Part shown: one piece after another, positions 1 through 13,117 of the stretch
How the letters are laid out: every line of letters begins with the position of its first letter
Numbering within the stretch: the stretch's first letter is position 1
NCBI GenBank assembly: GCA_964016885.1
Contig: OZ024755.1
Location: 22,072,001 to 22,136,000, forward strand
From: Eledone cirrhosa
Taxonomy: Eukaryota
Direction: 5' to 3'
DNA length: 64,000 bases
The notes under the pieces: model-generated
The model's database searches: none
What the model was told of the DNA's origin: nothing
Seen by the model: only the letters and a program-made list of their open reading frames with translations
Translations under genes and position numbers: made by a program

Positions 1-389
1 AAGAAAATACATGTTATTTTGTTTTGTCAGACAACAAACAAATCATTGCTATTATATCACTAACAAAGATTTAAATATACATCACAAACAAAGCATTGTT
101 ATTATGGTGAGTTCAAATCCCGCCGAGGTTAACTTTGCCTTTCATCCTTACGGGGTCGATAAAATAAAGTACCATGGATTGGCAGTATCAGTAGAGGGTC
201 GGACGCCATGCTTTCCAGCATAGTAACGTCCCTTTACGATCTGAGTTCAAATCCCGCCGAGGTTGACTTTGCCTTTCATCCTTAGGGGGTCGATAAAATA
301 AAGCACCAGTCATGCACTGGATTATTGCTGGCCTTGTGCCTAAAGTAGAAACAGTTATTATACAAATATATATATATATATATATATAT

Positions 390-595
390 AATTTAATATA
401 GAAATGGCTTTTGCAGGACTAGAACTGTTCCATTCGAACGAAATCATCAGGAAAGCCTGATGATTTCATTCGAACGAAACAGTTCTAGTCCTGTAGCAGC
501 CATTTCTCTATTAAATTCTGTATATACTCTACTAGTGCATTGAGTATCTTGCTTACCGTGGTTACACCCGATTGAACCCGGGAGTCGTATATTTA
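390..595. mobile_element. Fold-back palindromic module (390-517) plus tail, between (TA)n tracts
   Basis: Arms aatttaatatagaaatggct...catcag / ctgatg...agccatttctctattaaatt containing CTGATGA...GAAAC. Homologous copy at 51481-51675, partial copy at 58660-58750. Confidence 0.65.
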
Positions 596-1552
596 TATAT
601 ATATATATATACATATACACACATCACAAACACACCGTTGCTCTTATTATACAAAGCTTTAAACATATACATCATAGTGGCATTCCCCACCACCACAAAA
701 AAGTAGTTCGGATAAGCTGAGATTGTATATATTATACAGATTTATTTATAAAACTTAGGTATTTCTTAAATACCTGGTTCTGACATCGTCAGGAATTCCA
801 GGTAAATCAGTAAACCAGGTAAAACATTTAAAATAAATAAAACAAAACATTATAAAACGGTAAAAACTTTACAATTTCGTGATTTCTATATCAGTTAAAA
901 GCCTGTATAAGCAGGTTTTTTTACAGCATGCCTTAAATGAAATTTAAGCGTTTCTAATATTTAATCAAGTTCGTTTTTTTTTTATTTTTTATATATATAT
1001 TTCTTTCGGTGTCACACTTTTTACTCTCATTCGAAAAATTCATAGAATAAGTATAGACTACATACCGTACAGGAAGAATTTTGGTCGTATCATATATTGT
1101 AATACAAAAATATAGATATGTGTGTGTGTATATATATAAAAATAAAAAAAATAAAAATCACAAGACAATGAAAATAAAATTCCTGAAATAGTTGAAGTTT
1201 TCACAAGTATGGCAAGATTTCTTCGGTTTTTGTTTTTTAAGGTACATAAGAGCGGAATATCTTCATACACATTGTATTCATTATATGCATTTATATTTTC
1301 ATTCTAAACATCAAACCCCAAAAGAACTGGTCTACATCATTGGATGCAAATGAAGTCGCAAGTTTATATGAGAGTGATCTTCTAGAGAGATGTCTTAATG
1401 AAGACTAAGAGGGTCTCTTGCTCCACACACAAAGGGTGCCTTAAAAGTTACAAGACCATTATATATATATAATTGTGTATTGACGTTCGGGACACCCTGT
1501 ATATTAACAGTACATTGGTTTGTCTTCTTTCTTTCTTTGGTTGTTTACTTGC

Positions 1553-1966
1553 TTAGTGATGCGAAATTAACTCCTCCTGGACACTCTGAAATATTTTTAG
1601 ATGTTTCACATAGTCTTCAGAAGCGGTCAAAGATGAAATGGGAGAGTTCGGTTCTTCAAAGAACATGACGATTCCAGCATTACATTTATTGAGGGCAAAC
1701 CTCGAGGATTTCGCCCAACCAACAATAACATTCGGATTGACTGTTAAACAGCGGTAGTTATCACCTTCATAATAACACTGAAATATTTGGGTTTTCACTT
1801 GTGATCGTGGAACCCTGAAACTAGCCAGCAAACTTTTCAACAGGTTTCGGGGTACTGGCGCATTCAACGAGGAACGGATAACCTTACCGTTTAAGTCGAA
1901 TATGATTGCGCCTCTTACAGCAGCTGTCTGTTGACTAAATATAGTCTCCATGTATTTTTTAGACAT
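1553..1966 (-). CDS. Intronless divergent profilin-family protein (profilin-4-like), 137 aa
   Basis: ATG at 1966 (MSKKYMETIF...), TAA at 1553. Profilin size and pattern: AVRGAIIFDLNG (beta1/2), YYEGDNYRCLTVN (cf. PFN4 YFKGKDYRCVRAD), C-terminal amphipathic helix SLTASEDYVKHLK. Non-repetitive coding composition. Confidence 0.6.
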   Translation of the reverse strand: MSKKYMETIFSQQTAAVRGAIIFDLNGKVIRSSLNAPVPRNLLKSLLASFRVPRSQVKTQIFQCYYEGDNYRCLTVNPNVIVGWAKSSRFALNKCNAGIVMFFEEPNSPISSLTASEDYVKHLKIFQSVQEELISHH

Positions 1967-2619
1967 CGCTGTACTTCTCTTCACACACAACTGGCTGTTG
2001 TTTACTGTTTAAATCTCGGAGTGAGAGCGATGACAACCTTTATGCTCCTTGTGTAGTTAACAATTCTATAACAATTCATGAGTGTCATGTGTCTATATAA
2101 ATTTTAATACATCTCTCTCTTTATATATATATATATATATATATGAGAGAGGGAGATAAAAAGATGTGTACTCTATTTTCTCAGCCGTCGCGCACACACA
2201 CATATATAAACATATATACATGTGTGTACACGAGAGTAATTTATATTAGTACAAATATATGTGTGTGCGTGTGTATGTAATTATATTTGTATAAATATAA
2301 TTATGCATATTGCCTCTAAGAGAGAAAAGAAAAAAATAGAATGCACGGAATGCAGACAGCCTGCGGTTTCTATTATAAATCCCCTCTACTATAAATCCTT
2401 TCGTCTCTCGGTTTCTTTATATGAACATCTAGCCCATCTAGAAGATTTTCGTTATGTCTCCAATGCTTTGACGACCTAATCTTCGAGAGACTTGAATGTT
2501 TGATCAATGTCAGAGTCCCATGATCAATCAGGCTGCACTGCCCAAGCGATTTGGTGGTCTTGGTCTTCCTAAATGTTAGTCCCTCTCTCTCTCTTGCTTC
2601 CTTTCCTCCACCCACGCTT

Positions 2620-3560
2620 ACTCCACCCTGGTGAGCAACATCCTCTCCTCTCCAACATGGACTGGTTCCAACAAGGAGTTGGATGAAGCTCTTCTAGGAT
2701 GGAATGAGTTGGGATTGTCTGTTCCTGACAAGGTGGAAGATAAACGGAGCCAGAGAGCTTGGGACAGCATACATTCGAAGGCCACCTTTGACTCTCTCTT
2801 CAACCAGTCAGATCAGTTCTCGAGGTGCAGCTTACTGTCTGCTAGCGCCAAATACTCAGGCGACTGGGTTGATCCCCTACCCGTGGCTCACGTTGGTGGC
2901 CTAAATCAGCTTGGACGAGCTTCGTGTCTCCATTGCCTCCAGAGTGGGACCCGACGTCTGTACGGGTCTGAAATGTCGGTGTGACAAAATTCTCGACTCC
3001 ACAGGACTCCACGGTCTATCTTGCCGCTTGAATGCCGTTCGCTTCGCGAGTCGCACCGATCTAAATCACATCATCAAGACAGCTTTGGCCCGGACAAACA
3101 TCCCCTCAAATTTGGAACCGTCTGGGTTGTCCAGAATTGATGGGAAAAGACCTGACGGTTTTACCCAGTGCTCTTGGTTAAGAGACAGGTGCCTTATCTG
3201 GGACGTCACAGTTAGTAACTCTTTTGGGTCTTCCCACATCCTGGATGCAGCAGATAGGGCGAGGGCTACAGTATCCGAAGCTGAATGGAACAATATCCTG
3301 AATTACCGTAATCTGTCGCCTAACTACATTTTCCAGCCTGTGGCGTTCGAGATATTTGGGGGAGTCGGGCTACCGACTGCGAGGTTCTTACCTTCACCGG
3401 CGGTTCGCCTAACAGAGGTAACTGGTGATGCTTGTGAGGACGCTTGGTTGTTCCAGCGCATCAGTCGCGCCATCACCCGAAATTATTAGAGAGGTTTCCC
3501 AGTGCTCCACGCAATCTTTTACTCTGGTAGCGGTTCGTTTGTCCACCCATTTCGCCTGCT
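2620..3560 (+). mobile_element. Degraded CRE-clade non-LTR retrotransposon 3' part (zinc knuckle + restriction-like endonuclease)
   Basis: CRCDKILDSTGLHGLSC...LNHIIKTAL...LEPSGLSRIDGKRPDG..W...LIWDVTV...FQPVAFE: C-x-C..H..C knuckle and RPD-type RLE. Frameshift between the 2631 and 2911 ORFs. Confidence 0.8.
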
Positions 3561-4187
3561 TGTTGTTGTATGTGGTCCTAGATATATGTATTATCTGCTT
3601 GAGAGTTTTTTCCTTTCATTTTTCCTTTCTCTTTTTAAAATTATTTGTAATGTTATATCCTTACGGGGTCTATAAAATAAAGTACCAGTAATGCACTGGG
3701 TAATTGCTGGCCTTGTGCCTAGAGTAGAAACAGTTATTTAAATACAAAATAAAGACCAACTTAAAAAAAAAAAACAATAAAAAAAAACAGCTTAAAAAAC
3801 TCAGGTAACAAAATTGGTTTCAATCAGGATTGAAATCAGAACGCTCTAGTTCACCGTTCTGACGATTCTAATGAACAATTAATTAGATTTATATAAAAAC
3901 AAACAAACTCTCTTTCGTGTGATAAGAAGTGAGTCTCGATGTTTCGAGCATAATGTATATATGGCTATATTATTGAATGTTTTGTGTTCAAATCCCGCCG
4001 AGGTTAACTTTGCCTTTCATCCTTCCGGGGTCGATAGAATAAAGTACCAGTAATGCACTGGGTTATTGCTGGCCTTGTGCCAAAAGTAGAAACAATTATT
4101 GAATATTTTGTGTGTGTATTAGAGAGTCGGGACCCGATGACCGAAGTTTTGCTGTTTCAGCATCAAATTCCAGACGGTATAATCCTG

Positions 4188-4272
<85 letters not shown>

Positions 4273-7200
4273 ATGAATAGGGTGAATACCCTTAAAGGCT
4301 GAAAAAAAAAGTTGCCATCGGCCGCTACGAGGAATCGAACCCCGTACTTCTGGAAGATACAGGGGATCGATTCCTTGAAGCGGCCGAAGACAACTTCTTT
4401 TCCCGTTTTTAAGAGTCTTCGCCCTATTTAATAGCAACTCTGAACTTGAGTACACTATTCTTTATATTAACTTTATTCCCTCAGCGCTTCGTAAAAGACC
4501 AAGAAATTAGCTATGTATACACGATATATATATATATATATATATCTAAAGGCCCCGTCGGTCACAAATGACCATGGGATTTTCATCTAGAAAGTTCCCC
4601 TTCGAAGCAAGATTGTTTGTGGAAGACCACCAGTCACCCATGCATACCAGCCTCCCCTCTCCACGCCACCGATGATGTTTAAGGGAAAGGCAATGGCCGA
4701 TACAGCTTGACACCAGGGACGCCGTAACTCATTTTTACAGCTGAGTAAACTGGAGCAATATGAAATAAAGTGTCATGCTCAAGGACACAATGTACCACCC
4801 GATCCGAGAATCGAACTCACAACCTTCTGTTTGCAAGCCGAATGCTCTAACCACTAGGCCATGCGCCTTCACACATACACATACGCGCGCACGAACATAC
4901 TCACCAGGACGCAGTACAGCCGACCAAATATTCACACTGTGGCAGGTCTTCGAGAAATCGTGGGAGTATAGACCTCGATAAGGCATACGACCGCGTTCCA
5001 CGGGACCTGATGTGGAACTTTCTGCATGAGTATCAGGGGCGATAGCTTTGTATTTTTGCATCCCTGTGTTGGTTTTGTTTCGTTTATCAACTATTTTCTC
5101 ATGTTTACGCGGTCCACCTGCTATTCAAACCTGGATAATTACCCTGAACACGGATTACCATGGATTAACCAACCTCTAGATTGCTGGATTTTGAACTGAT
5201 ATATATATATATAATGATAGTAATAAATGGAATATATATAGTTATGTTATTTGAACATAACTGTTGATTACATATCAACAAAGTCTCTAACACATTATTT
5301 ATATATATAGAGAGACATTTATAAATGGAGATACCCACTTACCTTTGTCTATACAAGATGCTAGGAAGCTGAATGTGCTGTTATGATAGAATACATAAGG
5401 TAAGTTCCACCAGTTAACTTTTATATGTATTGAAAGACATTTGGGTGTTTATTTTTTTTAGGAAGATTGATCTGGTATTTTTTTTTTTCGATCGCATAGG
5501 GACTTTCCCTGTTGAGATGTGTTAGAAATAGCAGCCAAATCTCCCTAGAAAAAACTACCATAGGATACAGTGCACAGCATCATCTTCGATTCACAAAACG
5601 ATACCTTGTTGGGTTAATCTTTCGAGGTCTGCCTCTGCAGAGCTGATCTTTGGTTAAACAACAGACCCTATGAATATATGTGTGTGTGTGTGTGTTTACG
5701 CGCGGAGAGCTCCCAGTACAATCGAGTGTGACCTGTCATAAAACGGGTAAATTTAGGGAGTGTATATTTTTGCCACTGTGGGTATCATCAAGGTAAAACT
5801 AATTATAATTCTGTGACAATATTATAAAGCATTTTATTTCAGTTGTTTATTCTATTAATCTCGGATGTTGGAAAAGACAAAAGAGTCACTGACTGGTGTG
5901 TTTTATAGGGTTTCTACCTCTAATACAAGGGTAAATGGTAAAACCATCGACTCTCTAACAATCCACTATTAACACTCAAGCTTCTCTAATTCATACAATT
6001 GCTGCAAATGCATGTTATCAGTTTTAAGGCGCTTTAAACTGGTTCAGTACCACCAACAGACGACAGTTGACTACTTAAGACTCGCATTGATGATCTCTCT
6101 CTCCTTGACTATATTTGAACCAAATATCTACATACGTGTATATATCTTCCAATGCCCGATTTTTTCTCTCAAATCACCCGGGGTTCGTCGTTCAATTACT
6201 CGTACATTATAAATCTAGTGAAGCATGTTCGATTCGTGTACATATAGATTATGCATAGTCGTATATTTTATATTATGCATAGTCGCATATATGTATATTT
6301 TTATATTTATTTATTTATATATATGTAGCACAAAATATCCGTGTTTGGCAAAGAAAGTAGCGTAAGAGTTGATATATCATGTATGTCTATACCCAAAACA
6401 AAAAAGGGCTACCTTAGTTTTCAAGGCCCAGTTATAGCCACCTCCCCGTACTCTGCATGGTCTGGGGAGCTGGTCATTACTAGACATTGAAACGAAAGTT
6501 AGCGCTTTCCTATTCTGTGTATGAACATAAAACATGTATGTATGTATGCATGTATGTATATATTTTTTCTCATATATATATATACAACGTTAAATAGCTT
6601 TGAATTTATTTTGTAAGGATTACAATATTACAATTTATTAATAACCCTATATATATTTTAATGTGGCTGTATGGTTAGGAAGTTGTCACTGAGATAACCT
6701 GAAGATTGAGATAGACTCATTGAATGGATTTGGTGAACAAAGAATAGTTTTAGTTTACCCGTGCAACAGCTTGAAAACACCAACTCGCACGCGCGCATAT
6801 ACTGTCACACACCATACACACATCCATACATACAACATACAGAGACACTAGTAACCTCCCCTTGACTAGGTTTTCATGTGTCTGCGCACGAGCGTTTCTA
6901 TTCTAATGGCCAGATTTTTTTTTCTCTGTTCATCCGAGCTTCGTCGTGTTCGATTAGGCGACATGTGCATACTGGAATATATATGTATTGAAGTAGAACA
7001 CTCTCTCCCACTTTCTCTCTCTCTTTCTCACTGTATATATATATATATATGTAGATAAATCTACCAAAATGTACGGTAGTGTCCAATCCGTAATTGTATT
7101 AAATCTTTGTTGGTTTTTTCAATAAACAAATATCATTATTTCTGAAGACAGCATATATATGTGTAGGTATGTATATTCCCTCTGATAGTTTGTAAAAAAT

Positions 7201-7889
7201 TTACATAGATCTATAGGATATGCATACCAATACTAACATATATATCCTAGAAACGATCGTAAAATGATGAATTTTTTAATATAAGGAACTGTTTCTTTGT
7301 TTATTCATTATTTTATTAATTTATATATATATATATATATATATATGATGAATCAGGGGCCTTGGAACTGGGGGAGGGGCAGGTGGACCTCAATATATTT
7401 TTCTCTCCAAACTACCAAAACTCATAACCTTTATAATATTTTTTTTTGTCATGTCAACTTTTTCTCCACATATCACTATTTGCCAATTGCTAGCATGTGT
7501 ATTCAGAGACAGATTTAATAGGTAATTTTGCTGTAATCATTTCATAATGAACTTCATGTGATCATTCCATGAGAGTATCTTGGTCAGCGTATGGACGTTT
7601 AAGATGGCCCTTGTATTTATTTAAAAAAAGTCAGTAATCATTTCATAATTATTGAAAGCATTTTCTGACCATTTAGAAGGCAAAAAGCTAAACTAATCAC
7701 TACAACTAAATTAACCAAATCCCCCCCCATTCGGAAAGGCTTCCTCTGCCTCAGTATGGAATCAATAGATAGTTTCTTGTTGCCCTGAGGTCTCTATATG
7801 AATGCCGCCCTAGTTTAGATGATTGGTTAGCTTTACTAAAGTTATTTTTTTATTTGTGGATGTTGCAAACTTTAGTATAGTTTATATAT

Positions 7890-9092
7890 CATCATCATCA
7901 TCATCACCGTTTTACGTCCGTTCTTCCACGCTAGCATGGGTTAGACGGGTTGTCCTGTTGTGAGCAGTGTCTGGTCGGCTGACCATGCCTTGCTCATACA
8001 GGAACTGATCTGGCTTGATTTCTACAGCTGGATGCCCTTCCTAACACCAACCTCATTTACAGTGAGTGCTGGGTGCTTTTTCGTGGCGCCTACACGTCCA
8101 CTTTACAGTGTGGGCTGGGTGCTTTTTTGCCGTGGCACCTCCACGACCACCTTGCGGTGGGGGGGGGGGGCATATTGTTTATATGCTTCAGCATGTACCC
8201 ATGGGAGGTCGGGTACCCTGTATTACTGCGTGACGCCAGAAGTCACGGTCGTGTGTCATTGACTTTGAGAGGTGTAGTTGGGTAAGGTCGGCTTTTATCA
8301 CCTCATCCCAAGTCATCTTGGGTCTCCCCACTCCGCGGTTTCCATCAACTTCTAGTGCTCTGCACCTTTTTATGCAGCTGTCATCCTTCATACGCATCAC
8401 ATGTCCATACCAGCGTAACCGCCTCTCCTGCACGCAGCATTTGATTCCTCTTATGCTCAGTCTCTCTCTCAATTCATTTATGCTTTGTCGTTCACGTATA
8501 TTACTGTTACACATCCATCGGAGCATGCAGGCTTCGTTTCTCTCTAATCTACGTAAGTCTTCCACCTTCAGCGCCCAGGTCTCACTACCATGCAACATCG
8601 CTGTTCGGATACACGCATCATACAGTCTGCCTTTCATTCTGAGGGAGAAGCCTTTTGCAGCTAGCAGTGGTAGTAGTTCCCTAAACTTCTTCCATCCCGT
8701 TCTTACCCTAGTTATTGTACTTTCTGAGCACCCACCTCCGTTGCTAATTCGGTCACCTAGGTAGCAGAAGCTGTCTACTGTTTCTACAGGGCCCTCCCAG
8801 AGATTGGTGGTACTTGTTTCCTGTGGCTGTTTGCTTGCTGTTTCAGCACAGCTGCTGCATGTGAATCCTACATTCTTAATTAAGCTTCCTGAGATCCCGC
8901 TACATCTCTTGTGTACCCATTGTTTGCATTTGGGGCAAAGAATGGAGTTCCTACCTACACCTTTCCTACATACTGAGCAAGGCCATTTCCCTGAGGGGAT
9001 CTGGGTTCTGTTTTCTCGTCTACTTATAAGGACCTTAGTCTTTGTCATGTTGACTTTGAGGCCCTTTCTCTCTAGTCCCTGCTTCCAGGTTT
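7890..9092 (-). mobile_element. 5'-truncated RTE-clade LINE (RT C-terminus with internal Cys-finger) ending in SINE-like tail and (CAT)n
   Basis: GLKVNMTKTK...CSVCRKGVGRNSILCPKCKQWVHKRC...CSSC...FCYLGD...MLHGSETW...RRLRWYGHVMR...GRPKMTW; about 300 aa remain open. Confidence 0.9.
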
Positions 9093-9194
9093 GAATATAT
9101 ATATTCATTTATTAACGCTAAATAGTGAGTCTTGTTACTCTGGAGTTTCACCTGTTTATCACAGGGTCATCACATACGGATATATATATATAAT

Positions 9195-9400
9195 AGTAGA
9201 AAGTGGTGGGTTATATACACAGTAGTAGAGCACTCAGTCCATGGCACGAGTTTGGTAGAAGTAGTTCCACAACAGTTATTTCACCATACTGAGAACAAAT
9301 GTTTCACCTTATTTGGATCCTCAGCTTGGTCTGAGGATCCAAATAAGGTGAAACATTTGTTCTCGGTATGGTGAACTAACTATTGTGGAACTACTTCTAA
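9195..9400. mobile_element. Fold-back palindromic module (arms 9256-9399) with a hammerhead core on both strands; PLE-terminus-like
   Basis: Near-perfect ~70-bp arms around cttggt; CTGAGGA-tccaaataaggt-GAAAC-ATTT-GTT-ctcgg in each arm; TA-flanked. Relatives at 52179-52260 and 57470-57600. Confidence 0.65.
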
Positions 9401-10539
9401 ATATACTATGCATGGTTGGCTGAAAAGTTCATAGGCTGACTATATGAAGGAGTGATGTTAAAGCTGTGAAATCTTGCATGCATTAATTTCAACTCGTCTT
9501 ATTAATAACTGCATTGCTTCTCTCCAGCGACTATGTTGGAAAATAAACTTCATGTGATCATTCCATGAGAGTATCTTGGTCAGCCTATGGAGGTTTAAGA
9601 CGGCCCTCGTATTTATTTTAAACTGGAGAGTGGGCAGTGGGAATAATAGACCAGTTTGGGCGATTCCCTTAACCCTTTAATGTTCAAACCGCCCAGAATT
9701 CTCTACCTCTTTCTGCTGAAACTGGCTGTAACTAGTCACTCAAATAAATACTTTCAAAATCTCATATATTTGATATTATGTAAGATACTTATGTGAGATA
9801 AAGCCTTTACCATGAAAATATAATAGTACATATAGAGTAATGTGAATGCTAAAGGGTTAAAGACGCAACTCTTTTTCTTAAAGTCTGGATTACTGTTTCG
9901 TGAGAATGGATGTGAATTTCAGATGGTAATGAAGAAAAAAAAAACAAATAATTTATGTTAGTCAATGAAATATTTTATCAAATTTAATGGTTTTTCACAT
10001 AAAACAATTTAAAAATCAAACACAGACAAAGAGAGAGAAAAAAAGTCAATAATATGAAGACAACATCAGATCCCATTAAATCCAACAAAAGGTTTCAATA
10101 AAAAGTATAAAAATAAAAAATAAAATAATTGCATTGAGATCTCTTAAAGAAAGCTGACAATTCTTGCAAGAATTGGAGAATATTCTTAAGTGAAATATAT
10201 CAGTTTTAATTTGTATTTATTTATTCATTTAGTTTTTTTTTTCCCTTGGCAAAACAACTGAAAAAAAAAAAAAAAATAGTCCCCAAAGGAAGGTTTAATT
10301 AGAGACAAAAATAAAAAAAATTATTATGACCAATTTCAAAAAAAGTAAAAAATGCTACCCGGGGGATTTAATGTTTTTGTTTCTGTTAGACATTATATGT
10401 TGATGGTTTACTAACCAAATATTTCATGGTTAACTGATTGTAACTAAATATTTCCTGGTTGACTGATATTAACCAAATATTTCATACAATGATGAAAATA
10501 TACAAAACCCTCCAAAAATATTTACCCCCAGTTGTAGTA

Positions 10540-11670
10540 CATATTAAATATTTGTTTCTACTTTAGACACAAGGCCGGCAATTTTAAGGGGAAGGGGCAA
10601 GTCAATTAAATCAACCCCAGTGCATTACTGGTACTTTATTTTAGTGACCTCCCTAAGGATGAAAGGCAAAGCTAACCTTGGCAGGATTTGAACTCAGAAC
10701 GTAAAGGGCCATGACTATGCTGCAAAACATGGTGTCTGTCGCTCTACTGAATTTTGCCAATCCGCTGCCCAGTATATATTAAATAATTGTTTCTACTTTT
10801 GGCACAAGGCCAGCAATTACACAGTGCATTACTGGTACTTTATTTTATCGACCTGGTAAGGATGAAAGGCAAAGTTAACCTCGACGGGATTTGAACTCAG
10901 ACCGTAAAAGGACGTAACTATGCTGGAAAGCATGGCGTCCGACCCTCTACCGATACTGCCAATCCACCGCCAGTATATATTAAATAATTGTTTCTACTTT
11001 TGGCACAAGGCCAGCAATTACCCCAGTGCATTACTGGTACTTTATGTTATCGACCCCCGTAAGGATGAAAGGCAAAGTTAACCTCGGCGGGATTTGAACT
11101 CAGAATGGCAAGGGCCGTAACTCTATACGTCAAAGCATGGCGTCCGACCCTCTACCGATACTGCCAATCCACCGCCAGTATATATTAAATAATGGTTTCT
11201 GATTTAGATGCAAGGCCAACAATACCAGAGGAGGGAAAATCGATTAACTCAACTCCAGTGTATTACTGGTACTTTATTTTATCAACCTCTGTAAGGATGA
11301 AAGGCAAAGTTAACCTTCACAGGATTTGAACATATTAAATAACTGTTTCTACTTTGGGCACAAGGCCAGCAATTATCCCAGTGTATTACTGGTACTTTAT
11401 TTTATTGACCCCGTAAGGATGAAAGGCAAAGTTAAATTCAGCGGGATTTAACTCTGACTGTATAGGGCCGTAACTCTATGCTGCAAAGCATGGTGTCTGA
11501 TGCTCTACCGATACTGCCAATAATGGTTTCTAATTTAGGCACAAGGCCAACAATTTTGGGGGAAGGGAAGTCGATTAAATCAACCTCAGTATGTTATTGG
11601 TACTTTATAAATAATTGTTTCTACTTTTTGGCACAAAGCCAGCAGTTACCCCAGTGCATTACTGGTAATA
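10540..11670 (-). mobile_element. Tandem cluster of ~6 copies of the abundant tRNA-derived SINE
   Basis: Repeated ggtggattggcagtatcggtagagggtcggacgcc...gagttcaaatcccgccgaggttaactttgcc...gtagaaacaattatt with A/B-box-like head. About 20 more copies elsewhere (e.g. 105-360, 36585-36770, 51903-52092, 53497-53865, 63100-63520). Confidence 0.85.
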
Positions 11671-11967
11671 AATAATGATAGCTGTTACACATTAACATTC
11701 AGTAAAAAAAAAAAATACATTTACACTAGAATGTCACAAATTATTGCTGAATAAAAAAGTTAAAACAAACTAAATCTGATATAATATATATGAGGATGAT
11801 GTAAAATATGGGAGGGGTTATATAACTTAAACTGTACAAAGATAAGAAATGTTATTTCACTGAATTTGTGTCACAAATGAATGAAGTAGTCAGCCACCAT
11901 AACACAAACAAGTATTAAATTTTAATATTTTTACACCAAGAATATTAATGGGAAAATATGAATTAAC

Positions 11968-12356
11968 AAATATTTTCACCTGTTGTAATACCGAGTGTCC
12001 CCTATTAAAGTATTTTCACCTGTTGTACTACCAAGTGTCCCCTATTAAAGTATTTTCACCTGTTGTAATACCAAGTGTCCCCTATTAAAATATTTTCACC
12101 TGTTGTAATACTGTGTGTCCCCTATTAAAATATTTTCACCTGTTGTAATACTGTGTGTCCCCTATTAAAATACTTTTACCTGTTATAATACCGAGTTTTC
12201 ACTAGTTATCATACCAAGTGTCCCCTATTAAAATATTTTCACCTGTTATAATACCGAGTGTCCCCTATTAAAATATTTTCCCCTGTTGTAATACTGTGTG
12301 TTCCCTATTAAAATATTTTCACCTGTTGTAATACCAAGTGTCCCCTATTAAAATAT
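11968..12356. repeat. 40-bp minisatellite (~9.5 units)
   Basis: Unit aaatattttcacctgttgtaataccaagtgtcccctatta; cctattaaa recurs at 12001, 12041, 12081, 12121, 12161. Confidence 0.95.
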
Positions 12357-12752
12357 TAAGATAGAGTTAAAAACAATATCATTAAAAGAATTTATAATAT
12401 TAGTAATCAGCAAGACTCTAGAAATTTGAGTTTTATATTATTTTTTAATATTAATTTTTCTTAGAAAAATGCACTATGGCTTATATTGGATAGCAACATA
12501 AAAATCATGCTAGGGCTTATTTTTACTATAATAGAGGAAATACAGTATTTTTTTAAATAACCAAAATTTTCTAGATTATGATTGAAAATTCCTTAATCAA
12601 ATTATATTTATCAATATTATATTTATATTTATCATGTCAAGATTTTTTTTTATTTCCCTTCCAATTTACTATTGACTTTAGGATTAAATATTTGTTTTTA
12701 AAAACTAATTTGTATATCTTTAAATGACTTATAAACAAACACAAAATAAGAT

Positions 12753-12980
12753 TTAACCCTTTAGCACTTAAATCGGCCGTCTCCGGCCAGAATTCTCTCA
12801 CCTCTTTCTGTTCAAACCGGCTGAAACTGGCCACTCATGCCTACATTAAGGTATTACTCTTAAAATAAATAACATCAAAATCTCATAGATTTGAAATTAT
12901 GTGAGATGATTATGTAAGATAAAGCCTTTACTGTGAAAATATAATAGTTAATATAGAATATGTAAATGCTAAAGGGTTAA
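12753..12980. mobile_element. piggyBac-type MITE (TTAA-CCCTTTAGCA...TGCTAAAGGG-TTAA)
   Basis: TTAA target duplication and CCCT termini. Copies at 9669-9860, 17920-18146, 19380-19606, 22634-22833; partial at 27790-27945. Confidence 0.85.
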
Positions 12981-13117
12981 ATTGACTAGATCTTATTCAT
13001 GTAATGAAAGGGGAAGGGTATAAACCAAAATAGTTTAAATTGTCAAAAACACATACTTTCTTTTAAATAGGTTCACGCCCAACCAAAATGCTAGAATGGA
13101 AAAGCAAACATTTAAAA

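Noticed and set aside
7200-7275. GAAAC-GATC-GTA hammerhead-like 3' half (related copy ~31495; similar scraps at 20875, 32875, 51355)
   Set aside because: No intact CTGANGA box or stem I visible; probably decayed relatives, not supportable as ribozymes.
9950-11960. AT-rich unique sequence that may be the distal 3'UTR/polyA region of the SAMD1-like gene
   Set aside because: Compositional impression only; needs transcript data.
11968-12356. Regular 40-bp array resembling CRISPR (also the 64-bp array at 55186)
   Set aside because: Units are contiguous near-identical copies with no unique spacers, no cas genes, and a eukaryotic context.
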